Shown here: positions 37,747 through 46,751 of the stretch, in pieces
Layout: every line of letters begins with the position of its first letter
Position numbering within the stretch: the stretch's first letter is position 1
NCBI GenBank assembly: GCA_963741735.1
Contig: CAVUJB010000004.1
Location: forward strand, 167,684-231,683
Direction of reading: 5' to 3'
From: an uncultured Alphaproteobacteria bacterium
GTDB lineage: Bacteria; Pseudomonadota; Alphaproteobacteria; Micropepsales; Micropepsaceae
DNA length: 64,000 nucleotides
Notes under the pieces: model-generated
Told to the model about the DNA's origin: nothing
Database searches by the model: none
Seen by the model: the letters and a program-made list of their open reading frames with translations, nothing else
Program-made: the position numbers and the translations under genes

Positions 37747-38967
37747 ATGCTGCTCGGGCTTGCCTGGCGAAACATCTGGCGGCAACCGCATCGCACCGTG
37801 CTGAGCCTGACCTCGATCGCGCTGGCGGCGGCGATCACGGTGTTCCTGCTGTCCTTGCAGCGCGGCGCTTATGGCACGATGAAAGAGAGTGTCCTGCGAT
37901 TGATGGACGGTTTCGCGCAGGCCCAGCCCGTGGGCTACAGCGACGATCCGGATCTGCGCAAATCGATCGCCGATCCCGATGCGCTGGTGGCGCGCCTCGC
38001 CGGTTTAGCGTCCGTCACCGCGGCGGCGCCGCGTGCGGAGACCTATGTGATCCTTTCCGACGGCGCGCGCAGCTACGGCGCAGCCTTGCTCGGCATCGAT
38101 CCGTTACGGGAACAGGAGGTGACGACTCTCGGCACGACAATCATTGAGGGCCGTTACCTGAGCGCAACCGATCGGGCAGCCGTCGTCGTGGGCGCGGGGC
38201 TTGCGCGAAATCTCAAGCTGTCCGTCGGGAGCAAGCTGACGATGCTCGGCGCGGCGCGGGATGGCACCGTGGCCGCCGACGTCCTGACCGTCCGGGGAAT
38301 TTTCGCCACGGGCTCGCCGGAGATCGACCGTGAGATCGTCGAACTTCCTCTCGCGCAGTTCCAAGCGGACTTCGAAATGGGAAGCCGCGTCAACGTCATT
38401 GCGATCGGTGGACGGCACCTGGGTGACATCGGTTCGGCGCTGCCGGAGATGCGCGCCGTCGCGCGGCGTAGCGGCCTTGTCGTTCGCGATTGGGCCCAAT
38501 TGGAGCCCGCGCTGAACGACATCATTCTGCTCGATGCGAGCTTTTCGCTTCTCATCTATGTCAGCCTGGTCGTCATCGCCGTATTCATCATCCTGAACAC
38601 GCTGCTGATGTCCGTCCTGGAGCGCACGCACGAGTTCGGCATGCTGATGGCGATCGGCATGCGTCCGAGCCAGATCGGCCGGATGATCTGGATCGAGCTG
38701 TTGCTTTTGGCGATCATCGGCGCGGCGCTGGGTATCGCCGTTGGCGGAGCCGCGACCGCCTGGACCGCGGTGCACGGAATTCCGTTTCCCAGCGCCGAAG
38801 CCCTCTTTTCGCAATGGCACATGCCGTCCACGCTCTACCCGCAACTAGACGCGATCGGCGTGTTCAGTGGACCGCTCTCCATTGTGCTTGCCATCCTCGT
38901 TGCCGGGATCGTGCCCTATGCGCGGGTGCGGCGCCTCAAGCCGGTGCCGGCCATGAGGGCCGAGTGA
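37747..38967 (+). CDS. ABC transporter permease, FtsX/LolCE type (1 of 2)
   Basis: N-terminal TM, a periplasmic domain of about 220 aa, and three C-terminal TMs with the FtsX signature region (LMSVLERTHEFGMLMAIGMRPSQI). Confidence 0.85.
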   Translation: MLLGLAWRNIWRQPHRTVLSLTSIALAAAITVFLLSLQRGAYGTMKESVLRLMDGFAQAQPVGYSDDPDLRKSIADPDALVARLAGLASVTAAAPRAETYVILSDGARSYGAALLGIDPLREQEVTTLGTTIIEGRYLSATDRAAVVVGAGLARNLKLSVGSKLTMLGAARDGTVAADVLTVRGIFATGSPEIDREIVELPLAQFQADFEMGSRVNVIAIGGRHLGDIGSALPEMRAVARRSGLVVRDWAQLEPALNDIILLDASFSLLIYVSLVVIAVFIILNTLLMSVLERTHEFGMLMAIGMRPSQIGRMIWIELLLLAIIGAALGIAVGGAATAWTAVHGIPFPSAEALFSQWHMPSTLYPQLDAIGVFSGPLSIVLAILVAGIVPYARVRRLKPVPAMRAE

Positions 38968-40196
38968 TGGCGTCCTTCTGGCTTCTCCTGCCCCTTGCCT
39001 GGCGCAACCTGTGGCGCAATCCGCGGCGTACGGTCATCACACTATTGGTCGTAAGCGTCGGACTATGGTCCATCCTGACGTTTTCGGTGCTGTTGAAGGC
39101 CTGGTCGCAGAGCAGCCGCGACACGACGCTCAAACTGGTCACCGGACAGGCCGAGATTCATGCGAAAGGGTATCTCGACGATCCTTCGGCCGACCATCGC
39201 ATGCCGCCGCCTCACGGCGGGCTGGCTGGCCTCCTGGACAGCCGTACCGTCATCGCTCATGCCGCTCGCGTCCGCATAAGTGCCATTGTCCAAAGCGAAT
39301 ACAAGACGTTGCCGATCACGCTGATGGGCGTGTCCCCGGATCAGGAACGGGCGATGTCGGTGATCCCGTCTCAGATCGCGCGGGGTCGATATCTTGCGGC
39401 GCCCGACGATGCCGGCATCGTGCTGGGACGCAATCTCTCCGTGCGATTGAAAACCAGAATCGGCAAACGCGTGGTCGTCATGGCGCAGGACGCGAGCGGC
39501 CATCTGGCGGAGCGTGCATTTCCCATCGTCGGAATTTACGCGGCCCCCGAACAGACGGAGGACGAATTCGCGTTCACCGGGATCAAGACCGCGCAGGCGC
39601 TGACCGGAGTTGGGAACGACATCACCGAAATCGCCTTCATCGCCGAAAGCGATGCGGTGCTTCCCGGTCTGATCGCGGACATGCGCAAGGCAGCGCCGGA
39701 TTTGGACATCCAGACCTGGGCAACGCTGGCGCCGTTGGCCTATGCCGTCAGTTCGTTCTTCAACGATTTCGTCCTCATGTGGCTGTGGACGATGTTTGCG
39801 CTGATGGCGATCGGCATCGTGAACACCCAGCTCATGGCGGTGTTCGAACGCACGCGGGAGTTCGGGCTCCTGCAGGCATTGGGCATGCGGCCCCGACTCG
39901 TAATGTACGAAGTCGCGTTGGAATCGGTGTTGCTGATCGGCGCGGGTGTGGCGATCGGGATCGCCTTGTCGGTGGCGAGCGTACAGGCGTTTCCGCGCGG
40001 GCTGGATCTCGGGTTTCTGGCACGCGGCGCCGAATTGGTGGGTGCGGGACGCGTACTCTATCTGCGCGTCGATGCGGGCGACTTCGCGCTCTACAGCCTG
40101 ATCGTGTGGACATTTGGCGTACTGGCGACGCTGTGGCCGGCGCGGCGCGCCTCCAAGGTCAGCCCGGTCGAGGCGATGATCCGGGGCACAATGTGA
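38967..40196 (+). CDS. ABC transporter permease, FtsX/LolCE type (2 of 2)
   Basis: ATG 38967 overlaps the previous stop (TGATG). Same architecture as 37747..38967 (LMAVFERTREFGLLQALGMRPRLV). The 568-aa ORF in the track is an upstream extension. Confidence 0.85.
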   Translation: MASFWLLLPLAWRNLWRNPRRTVITLLVVSVGLWSILTFSVLLKAWSQSSRDTTLKLVTGQAEIHAKGYLDDPSADHRMPPPHGGLAGLLDSRTVIAHAARVRISAIVQSEYKTLPITLMGVSPDQERAMSVIPSQIARGRYLAAPDDAGIVLGRNLSVRLKTRIGKRVVVMAQDASGHLAERAFPIVGIYAAPEQTEDEFAFTGIKTAQALTGVGNDITEIAFIAESDAVLPGLIADMRKAAPDLDIQTWATLAPLAYAVSSFFNDFVLMWLWTMFALMAIGIVNTQLMAVFERTREFGLLQALGMRPRLVMYEVALESVLLIGAGVAIGIALSVASVQAFPRGLDLGFLARGAELVGAGRVLYLRVDAGDFALYSLIVWTFGVLATLWPARRASKVSPVEAMIRGTM

Positions 40197-40206
40197 GAAG
40201 AGAAGC

Positions 40207-40911
40207 ATGACTGCAATCGTCGAATGCCGAGGCGTAACAAAGCACTATCGACAAGGCGCGATTGACGTGCCGGCTCTGCGCGGGATCGATCTTGCGATCG
40301 AGAAGGGCGACTTCGCTTCGCTGGCTGGTCCCTCCGGTTCCGGCAAGACGACTTTGCTTAACGTCATCGGCGGGCTCGACCAGCCGTCTAAGGGAAGTAT
40401 CAAGATCGATGGGGAGGAGATCACGGCGCTCAGCGGCAATGCGCTCGCGGACCTGCGCCTGCGCAAGATCGGGTTCGTCTTCCAAGCCTACAATCTCATT
40501 CCCGTTCTGTCGGCGATTGAGAATGTCGAATTCATCCTGCAACTGTCCGGCGTGGACCGCGCGGAGCGCCGCGCGCGCGCCAGGGAAGTTCTGCACGAAG
40601 TGGCACTGGATGGACTGGAGAACCGCCGTCCCGCGCGACTTTCCGGCGGGCAGCAGCAGCGCGTGGCGGTGGCGCGCGCCCTGTCGAGCCGGCCGGCCAT
40701 CGTGCTCGCGGATGAGCCCACGGCCAATCTCGATACCAAAACGGCCGAAGATCTGATCACGCTGATGTCGCATCTCAACGAGCGACTTGGCATAACTTTC
40801 CTGATGGCGACGCACGATGCGCGCGTCATCGAGCGAACGCGCCGCCACATGGTCATCACGGATGGACGGATCACGGCGGACGAACGGCGCAACCAGGCCC
40901 AAGCCGGGTGA
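40207..40911 (+). CDS. ABC transporter ATP-binding protein (LolD/MacB type)
   Basis: Walker A GPSGSGKTT, signature LSGGQQQRVAVARA, Walker B IVLADEPTANLD, H-loop ATHD. Confidence 0.92.
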   Translation: MTAIVECRGVTKHYRQGAIDVPALRGIDLAIEKGDFASLAGPSGSGKTTLLNVIGGLDQPSKGSIKIDGEEITALSGNALADLRLRKIGFVFQAYNLIPVLSAIENVEFILQLSGVDRAERRARAREVLHEVALDGLENRRPARLSGGQQQRVAVARALSSRPAIVLADEPTANLDTKTAEDLITLMSHLNERLGITFLMATHDARVIERTRRHMVITDGRITADERRNQAQAG

Positions 40912-40914
40912 GCC

Positions 40915-42159
40915 ATGAAATGGTCGGGCACCTCTGCGGCGTTCTCGATTGCAGTGTTGCTTGCATCGCCAGGGTTGGCCGCGGGACTTCATGGGCGTGT
41001 CGAGTTGGGAGATCAGGCCGCGTTCGAAGATACCCGGAGCATTTCGGCAGCGGTTGGCGAGCAATCCCGCAACGATATTGTCGGCGACCTGCGTTTGATA
41101 TGGGAGCCCCGCTCGGGCTCCTGGGATTTCGCATTCGCCTATGAATTGACAGCCGATGCGGGTGGTACGCCGGCTCTCACCGTGCGGCGCGATGCGCTCG
41201 GAATTTTTCCGCCGCCGCCGCCGGCAACGTGGTGGAACCTCAGCAACAATTTTCTCGACGGCGAACATCTCTCCGCGACACAGCGCATCGATCGGCTGTC
41301 GGTGGGCTACTCCAGCGCAAACCTCGTGTTGCGCGCCGGCCGCCAGGCGCTGACCTGGGGGAGCGGCTTGGTGTTTCATCCGATGGATCTGTTCGATCCT
41401 TTCGCGCCGAGCGCCGTGGACACCGAATACAAGCCGGGAACCGACATGATTTACGGGCAATGGCTGTTCGCTGACGGCGCGGACCTGCAATTCGTGGCCG
41501 TTCCGCGCCCTCAAAAAAAGGGAGGCGAGCCGACATCGAACGCCAGCTCCTATGCACTCCATTTTCACACCGCAATCGGACCGCTTCAGACAACCTGGCT
41601 CGTCGCACGCGACCACCGCGACTGGGTGGCTGCCGTTGGCGTCAATGGACCGCTTGGCGGTGCCACCTGGAACGCCGAAGTCGTTCCCACTTTTGTGCAC
41701 GACGGGCCTGTTCTGACGTCGGCACTCGTGAACATCTCAGACGCGACCACGCTGCTCGACCGCGACGCCACACTGTTCGCGGAGTATTACCGAAACGGCT
41801 TCGGCCTTTCGGCAAGACATTACGCCGTTGATGCGTTGCCTTCGCCTTTGGTCGACCGGCTCCTGCGCGGACAAGTGTTCAACACCGGCCGCGACTATCT
41901 GGCCGCAGGGGCGACGCTGCAGTGGACGCCGTTGTTGCAGATCAGTCCGACTCTGATCGCCAATCTCGACGACGGAAGCGTTTATGCCATCGCGCAGGCG
42001 ACCTATTCCCTGCAGCAGGACTTGAATCTCGTCGCCGGCGTCCAGACTCCCTTTGGGCCTTCGCGATCGGAGTTCGGCGGCATTCCGCTCACAGGCGCGA
42101 GCCCGCCGCTATTCGAGCAGCCGAGTGTCATCTACGTGCAGCTTCGGCAATATTACTGA
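40915..42159 (+). CDS. putative outer-membrane beta-barrel protein
   Basis: Signal peptide (AAFSIAVLLASPGLAA), alternating amphipathic strands and a C-terminal aromatic terminus (..VIYVQLRQYY*). Last gene of the operon. Family not recognised. Confidence 0.6.
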   Translation: MKWSGTSAAFSIAVLLASPGLAAGLHGRVELGDQAAFEDTRSISAAVGEQSRNDIVGDLRLIWEPRSGSWDFAFAYELTADAGGTPALTVRRDALGIFPPPPPATWWNLSNNFLDGEHLSATQRIDRLSVGYSSANLVLRAGRQALTWGSGLVFHPMDLFDPFAPSAVDTEYKPGTDMIYGQWLFADGADLQFVAVPRPQKKGGEPTSNASSYALHFHTAIGPLQTTWLVARDHRDWVAAVGVNGPLGGATWNAEVVPTFVHDGPVLTSALVNISDATTLLDRDATLFAEYYRNGFGLSARHYAVDALPSPLVDRLLRGQVFNTGRDYLAAGATLQWTPLLQISPTLIANLDDGSVYAIAQATYSLQQDLNLVAGVQTPFGPSRSEFGGIPLTGASPPLFEQPSVIYVQLRQYY

Positions 42160-42210
42160 TTTCGGAAACGGAAGCCGGATGACCACTGCCGCGATAGAGT
42201 ACCAATCGCT

Positions 42211-42405
42211 CTAGTGCAGCGTGGGCCGGACGCGATTTAATTCCAGATGAACGTGCCGATCTTCCTGCCAAATGTCGTAGCCACCTTCGTTGCCGAGAAA
42301 TATCCGGGCTCGGCAAATGGCGGCTCGATCGTCGGGGGCGCGAAACTCATCGAGGCCGAAAATGTGGCCGCCACTGTCGATAAAGAATATCCTGAACACT
42401 TCCAT
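42211..42405 (-). CDS. small conserved hypothetical protein (same family as 27495..27715)
   Basis: 64 aa from ATG 42405: MEVFRIFFIDSGGHIFGLDEFRAPDDRAAICRARIFLGNEGGYDIWQEDRHVHLE.. It aligns block by block with MRDYRARFLNHNGDVF..AEHDDAAISHARRVF..GKGFEIWHDDRLLHSE. The 180-aa ORF in the track is an extension. Confidence 0.55.
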   Translation of the reverse strand: MEVFRIFFIDSGGHIFGLDEFRAPDDRAAICRARIFLGNEGGYDIWQEDRHVHLELNRVRPTLH

Positions 42406-42667
42406 GCCAGCAGAGTGCCGGAAGTCCTGGCTGGCGACTTTGATTTGGCGCAATCCATTACCGTCCGCGTGTTCCCGCCCATCTTGGGTGTCGGGCGCGC
42501 CGGGCCCACAAGTGGGGTCGGCTCGCCTGCCGCAGACGCGTTCGCTGCTGTTCAACGCTTTCTGTTTCGCTCGATCATGCTCGCTGTTTTGCGCAGAAAT
42601 TTCCCTGATAGTCCCTGTAAAGCGCCAGCTCCGGACCGCGATGGTGCCCGGCGCGGCATTCGAACCG

Positions 42668-45600
42668 CTAAGGGCGGAATTGCAGAGCGCGCGAACCGAG
42701 GAAGCTTGGTTGCGACACGATGCGGTGGGCGTTTTCCACCCACTCGCATACATAGCGACGCGTGTCGCGAGGATCGATCATCTCCTCCATCTGGAATTTG
42801 TTGAGCGGACCGATCGGGCCGCGCGCGCTTTCGATGCGTGCGTTGATCTCGGCACGCAGGGCGACGGGATCGGCGGCTTCCGCAAGCTGGCGCTTGTAGG
42901 CCGCTTCGATGCCGCCCTCCGGCGGGATGCCGCCGACGTCGGCCGCCGGCCACACGACACGTGCGCTCGCGTGCCCTTTGGGCGTCGCATAGTTATTGCC
43001 GGCGACGCCAAAGCTGCGACGCAAGATGACGGTAAAGACCGGCACCTTCACCTGCGCGAAGGCGATCATCCACTCGCCCCCCTTGCGAATGGTGCCTGCG
43101 ATCTCGTGTTCGAGGCCGACGGCGAAGCCGGGATTGTCGTTGAGGTTTAACAGGGGAATGTGGAACAGGTCGCAGAGATCGAGATGGCGGCGCAGCTTGT
43201 CACAGCCATCCGCCGTCAGGGCACCACCGTTGACGTGACGGCTGTCGGAGGCGATGACGCCGACGGGATAGCCGCCGAAGCGCGCGAAGCCCGTGACCTG
43301 ATCGGTGCCCCAGAGCGGGCCGATCTCGAAGAAGGAGCCCTTGTCCGCCATCAGGCGGATGGCGCGGCGTACGTCGAAGGTGGTGGTGCGCTTTCTCGGG
43401 ATAATGGTGAATAGCTCTTCCTCGCGCCGATCGGTGGGGTCGTTGCTTGTGATAACCGGCATCGGTTCGAAGACGCTCGACGGCAGATAGGAGAGGAAGC
43501 GACGCGTCTGCTCCATCGCGTCCTCTTCGGTTTCGGCGAGATTGTCGACCGAACCGTTACGGCAATGGATGTGCCAGCCGCCGAGATCTTCCTTGGTGAT
43601 GTCGTAACCCATGGCGTGACTGACGACTGGCGGCCCCGCGACGAAAAGCTGCGCGATGTCGCGCACCATCACCGAGAAGTGGCCGAGGACCGCCTTGGCG
43701 GCGCCAATGCCGACGACGCTACCGAGCAACACGTTGACCACCGGCACTTCGGAGAGCTGCCGCGCGTACATTGCGCTGCCGAGATGGCCGGGCAGCATCG
43801 AACCTCCGCTGCCCGAGACGCGCGGGCGGCCGGCAGTGATCGCACCAGAGCTTTCTTTCGCCGCGCTTTCGCCCTCGTGCTGCTGTTTTGGCACCATCGC
43901 CGCAACGCTCCCACCGCCGGACGAACCGTCGAGCAAACGGATCGACGGGCAGCGCAAATCGAGCGACAGCTCGTCGAGATAGCGGCTCTTCTGGCCGATC
44001 GCGCCATCGGCATGCCCCCCACGGGACGTGAAGTCGTCGGCGCAGACGATGGCGGTGCGGCCTTTGATCTTGCCCCATCCGCCGACGTGATTGGCGGGCG
44101 TGAAGTCCGAGATGACGCCATCGGCATCGTAGCTTGCGAAGCCTGCGAGACTACCGACCTCGCGAAAGCTGTCCTCGTCGAGCAGAAGATCGATGCGCTC
44201 GCGGCAGGTCAGCTTGCCGCGATTGCGCTGGCGCACGACACCAGGGTCTTTGGAGTCCGGCGCGAACCGGCGGTGTGCGAGGTCCTGGAGCGTGTGAACT
44301 TCCTTTAGGACCGGCGCCCAACTCTCGGGGCCGTATTCGCGTGATTTGGCATCTGCGGTACGGGCGCTCGGAGTGATGGTGGCCACAATCTGACCTGCGG
44401 CGACCGTGTCGCCCTTGGCGAGCGGTTGAAGCTCACGGATCGTCCCAGCGCAGGGTGCAGTGACGGTTGTCTCCATTTTCATGGCACTTATGACCATCAG
44501 TGTGTCGCCGGCGTTCACGGTCTCGCCAGCTTTGACCGGCACCTCAACGATCGAGCCGCCCATAGGTGACTCGGCGGCTTCGTCGCCTTCACGCACGGCG
44601 AGCGATGGCGCCGATAACACAGGAAGCGCCATCGGCGCGGCAGCGCGGCTGAGCGCGCGCGCCTGTTGCTCGAACAGCGACAGCGAGTTCGATGCCTTGC
44701 TCGCGGTCGAAGCGAGATCGGGATGTTCGCTGAGTAGACTTGTCCGCGCGTCGCCGGCGCGGACCTCCGGTCGCGAGAGAATGGCTCGCAGCTGATGAAG
44801 ATTCGTCGAGAGACCTGAGATGTGAAATTCGTCCAGTGCACGCAGTGACCGGCCGATTGCTGAGGCATAGCTCTGTGTCGAGTTTGACCAGCATATGAGT
44901 TTGCCGAACATCGGATCGAACTGCGGCGGCGGCGCGTAGCCGAGATAGCCGCAGGAATCGACACGGATGCCGGGCCCCGCCGGTTCCTTGTACGCCGTGA
45001 ACGCGCCAACTCCCTTAGCGATGATGCGGCACTGGATGGCGAAGCCGCGGGGCTCGCGAACTGCGGACTGTTCGCCCAACCCGAGCGATTTGAGCGTCGC
45101 GCCCGCTGCGATCGCGAATTGCGCTTCGACGAGATCGACGTCAGTGACCTGTTCGGTGACGGTGTGCTCGACTTGAATGCGCGGGTTGCACTCGATGAAG
45201 TAGTAGGTGCCGCGATCGGGATCGACGAGGAATTCGACCGTTCCGACATTCACATACTTCGATGCGTGTGCGAGCTTAACTGCGTCGGCTAGAATGCGCT
45301 CGCGCAAGCTTGCCTCAAGGTTCGGCGCGGGCGCGATCTCGATCATTTTTTGGTTGTGCAGCTGCACCGAACAGTCACGTTCGTAGAGATGAACGACATG
45401 GCCGTGTATATCCGCCAGGATTTGCACTTCGATGTGACGCGGGCGCGCGATCAATTTTTCGACGAACACCGCGCCGTTGCCGAACGCGGCTTCGGCTTCG
45501 CTTTGGCAGCGGGCGAATGCTGCTGGGAGCTCGTCGGCGGATGACACCGCGCGCATGCCGCGTCCGCCACCACCTGCTGCGGCTTTCAGCATGACGGGAT

Positions 45601-46060
45601 AGCCGATGTCCTTAGCTGTCGCGGCGGCATCTTCGGCGGTCTTCAATATGTTCTGGCTGCCGGGGACAATCGGGATCCCGAGGGACTTCGCCAGCTCTCG
45701 CGCTTTTGTCTTGTCGCCGAACAACGCCAACGTCTCGGGGCGCGGGCCGATGAAGACAATGTTCTCCTCGGCGCAGCGCCGGGCGAAGGTCGCGTTCTCC
45801 GCCAGGAAGCCATAGCCGGGATGGATGCAATCGCAGGCGGTAGCCTTCGCGGCCGCGATCAGACCTTCGATGTCGAGATAGGCGCGCACCGGATCACTCG
45901 TCGCGGCTAGGGCATGCGCATGGGACGTGACGCGGGTGTGGAGGGATAGAGCGTCCGCTGGGGCGTAGACGCCAACCTGCTCGATGCCGAGGGCGGCCGC
46001 GGCGCGCGCGATGCGGATGGCGATCTCGCCGCGATTGGCAATCAGGACACGTTTGAACAA
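42668..46060 (-). CDS. single-chain biotin-dependent acyl-CoA carboxylase (BC + BCCP + carboxyltransferase fused)
   Basis: N-terminal biotin carboxylase (FKRVLIANRGEIAIRIARAA.., ATP-grasp), biotinyl domain with AMKME, and a C-terminal acyl-CoA carboxyltransferase domain of about 530 aa. Preferred start is TTG 46060 (GGAGAG upstream, giving MFKRVLIANRGE). The ORF track extends to ATG 46132. Confidence 0.88.
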   Translation of the reverse strand: MFKRVLIANRGEIAIRIARAAAALGIEQVGVYAPADALSLHTRVTSHAHALAATSDPVRAYLDIEGLIAAAKATACDCIHPGYGFLAENATFARRCAEENIVFIGPRPETLALFGDKTKARELAKSLGIPIVPGSQNILKTAEDAAATAKDIGYPVMLKAAAGGGGRGMRAVSSADELPAAFARCQSEAEAAFGNGAVFVEKLIARPRHIEVQILADIHGHVVHLYERDCSVQLHNQKMIEIAPAPNLEASLRERILADAVKLAHASKYVNVGTVEFLVDPDRGTYYFIECNPRIQVEHTVTEQVTDVDLVEAQFAIAAGATLKSLGLGEQSAVREPRGFAIQCRIIAKGVGAFTAYKEPAGPGIRVDSCGYLGYAPPPQFDPMFGKLICWSNSTQSYASAIGRSLRALDEFHISGLSTNLHQLRAILSRPEVRAGDARTSLLSEHPDLASTASKASNSLSLFEQQARALSRAAAPMALPVLSAPSLAVREGDEAAESPMGGSIVEVPVKAGETVNAGDTLMVISAMKMETTVTAPCAGTIRELQPLAKGDTVAAGQIVATITPSARTADAKSREYGPESWAPVLKEVHTLQDLAHRRFAPDSKDPGVVRQRNRGKLTCRERIDLLLDEDSFREVGSLAGFASYDADGVISDFTPANHVGGWGKIKGRTAIVCADDFTSRGGHADGAIGQKSRYLDELSLDLRCPSIRLLDGSSGGGSVAAMVPKQQHEGESAAKESSGAITAGRPRVSGSGGSMLPGHLGSAMYARQLSEVPVVNVLLGSVVGIGAAKAVLGHFSVMVRDIAQLFVAGPPVVSHAMGYDITKEDLGGWHIHCRNGSVDNLAETEEDAMEQTRRFLSYLPSSVFEPMPVITSNDPTDRREEELFTIIPRKRTTTFDVRRAIRLMADKGSFFEIGPLWGTDQVTGFARFGGYPVGVIASDSRHVNGGALTADGCDKLRRHLDLCDLFHIPLLNLNDNPGFAVGLEHEIAGTIRKGGEWMIAFAQVKVPVFTVILRRSFGVAGNNYATPKGHASARVVWPAADVGGIPPEGGIEAAYKRQLAEAADPVALRAEINARIESARGPIGPLNKFQMEEMIDPRDTRRYVCEWVENAHRIVSQPSFLGSRALQFRP

Positions 46061-46751
46061 GAGGCTCTCCGGCGTTGCTGGCCGGCGCCGATTGTGCCGG
46101 GGCTTACCGGGCAAGTGCAAATTGGACGGCAAGGCGCCCGATCCGGCTCGGGCGCCACCTATCGCTGCGACACGCGAGGCAATCGGACCAGCTTCTCATC
46201 GGCCGCCGCGCCTGCAAACGACGCCAGAACCGGCTGATGAGCGACAGCGCCGTGTCGGCAAGCTACTCGTGCGATTCCAATGGCCGGCGCGCCGCCAAGA
46301 GGGTGCTGGGCGCACCAACCAACTTCCCGCACGACGGCGACAGCAAGATCGCCGAATATGGTGCCGGTCGCGACCTGGTCCGGTCCGCGCGTCACTGAGT
46401 CCGCACAATCCCTATCGAAGACCTTGCCCGCCTGAATTTCTCGGTCACACGAGCCCAGCGTGCGATGGACGCTTCGAAGGCGCTCTTCGTCGATGCCCTA
46501 TGTGCACGCAGAAGGCCCAGCAGAATGTCGATGATCGGGTAGACCACCGGGGCCATGGCTGCAGTTCTCACGGGTGGACGGTCTCGAAAAAGGGATCTGC
46601 CCGCGAAATTGGCGACTGAGAGGCTCCATTATGTTGAATTTGCCCGTGTTAGGTATTTGAAAACGCAGAATAAAACGCGAGATGTCGCTGCGTCGCCGCG
46701 TCTGCGAAGGAACCGTGGCGGCCATTTCGCAACTGCGGCAAAGTGCATGGA

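Noticed and set aside
39011-41700. Long alternative-frame and antisense ORFs (39011..40210 +, 39063..40208 -, 40159..41700 - at 513 aa)
   Set aside because: Their Arg/Pro/Gly-rich composition is typical of shadow ORFs in high-GC DNA. They lie entirely over well-supported permease, ATPase and OMP genes.
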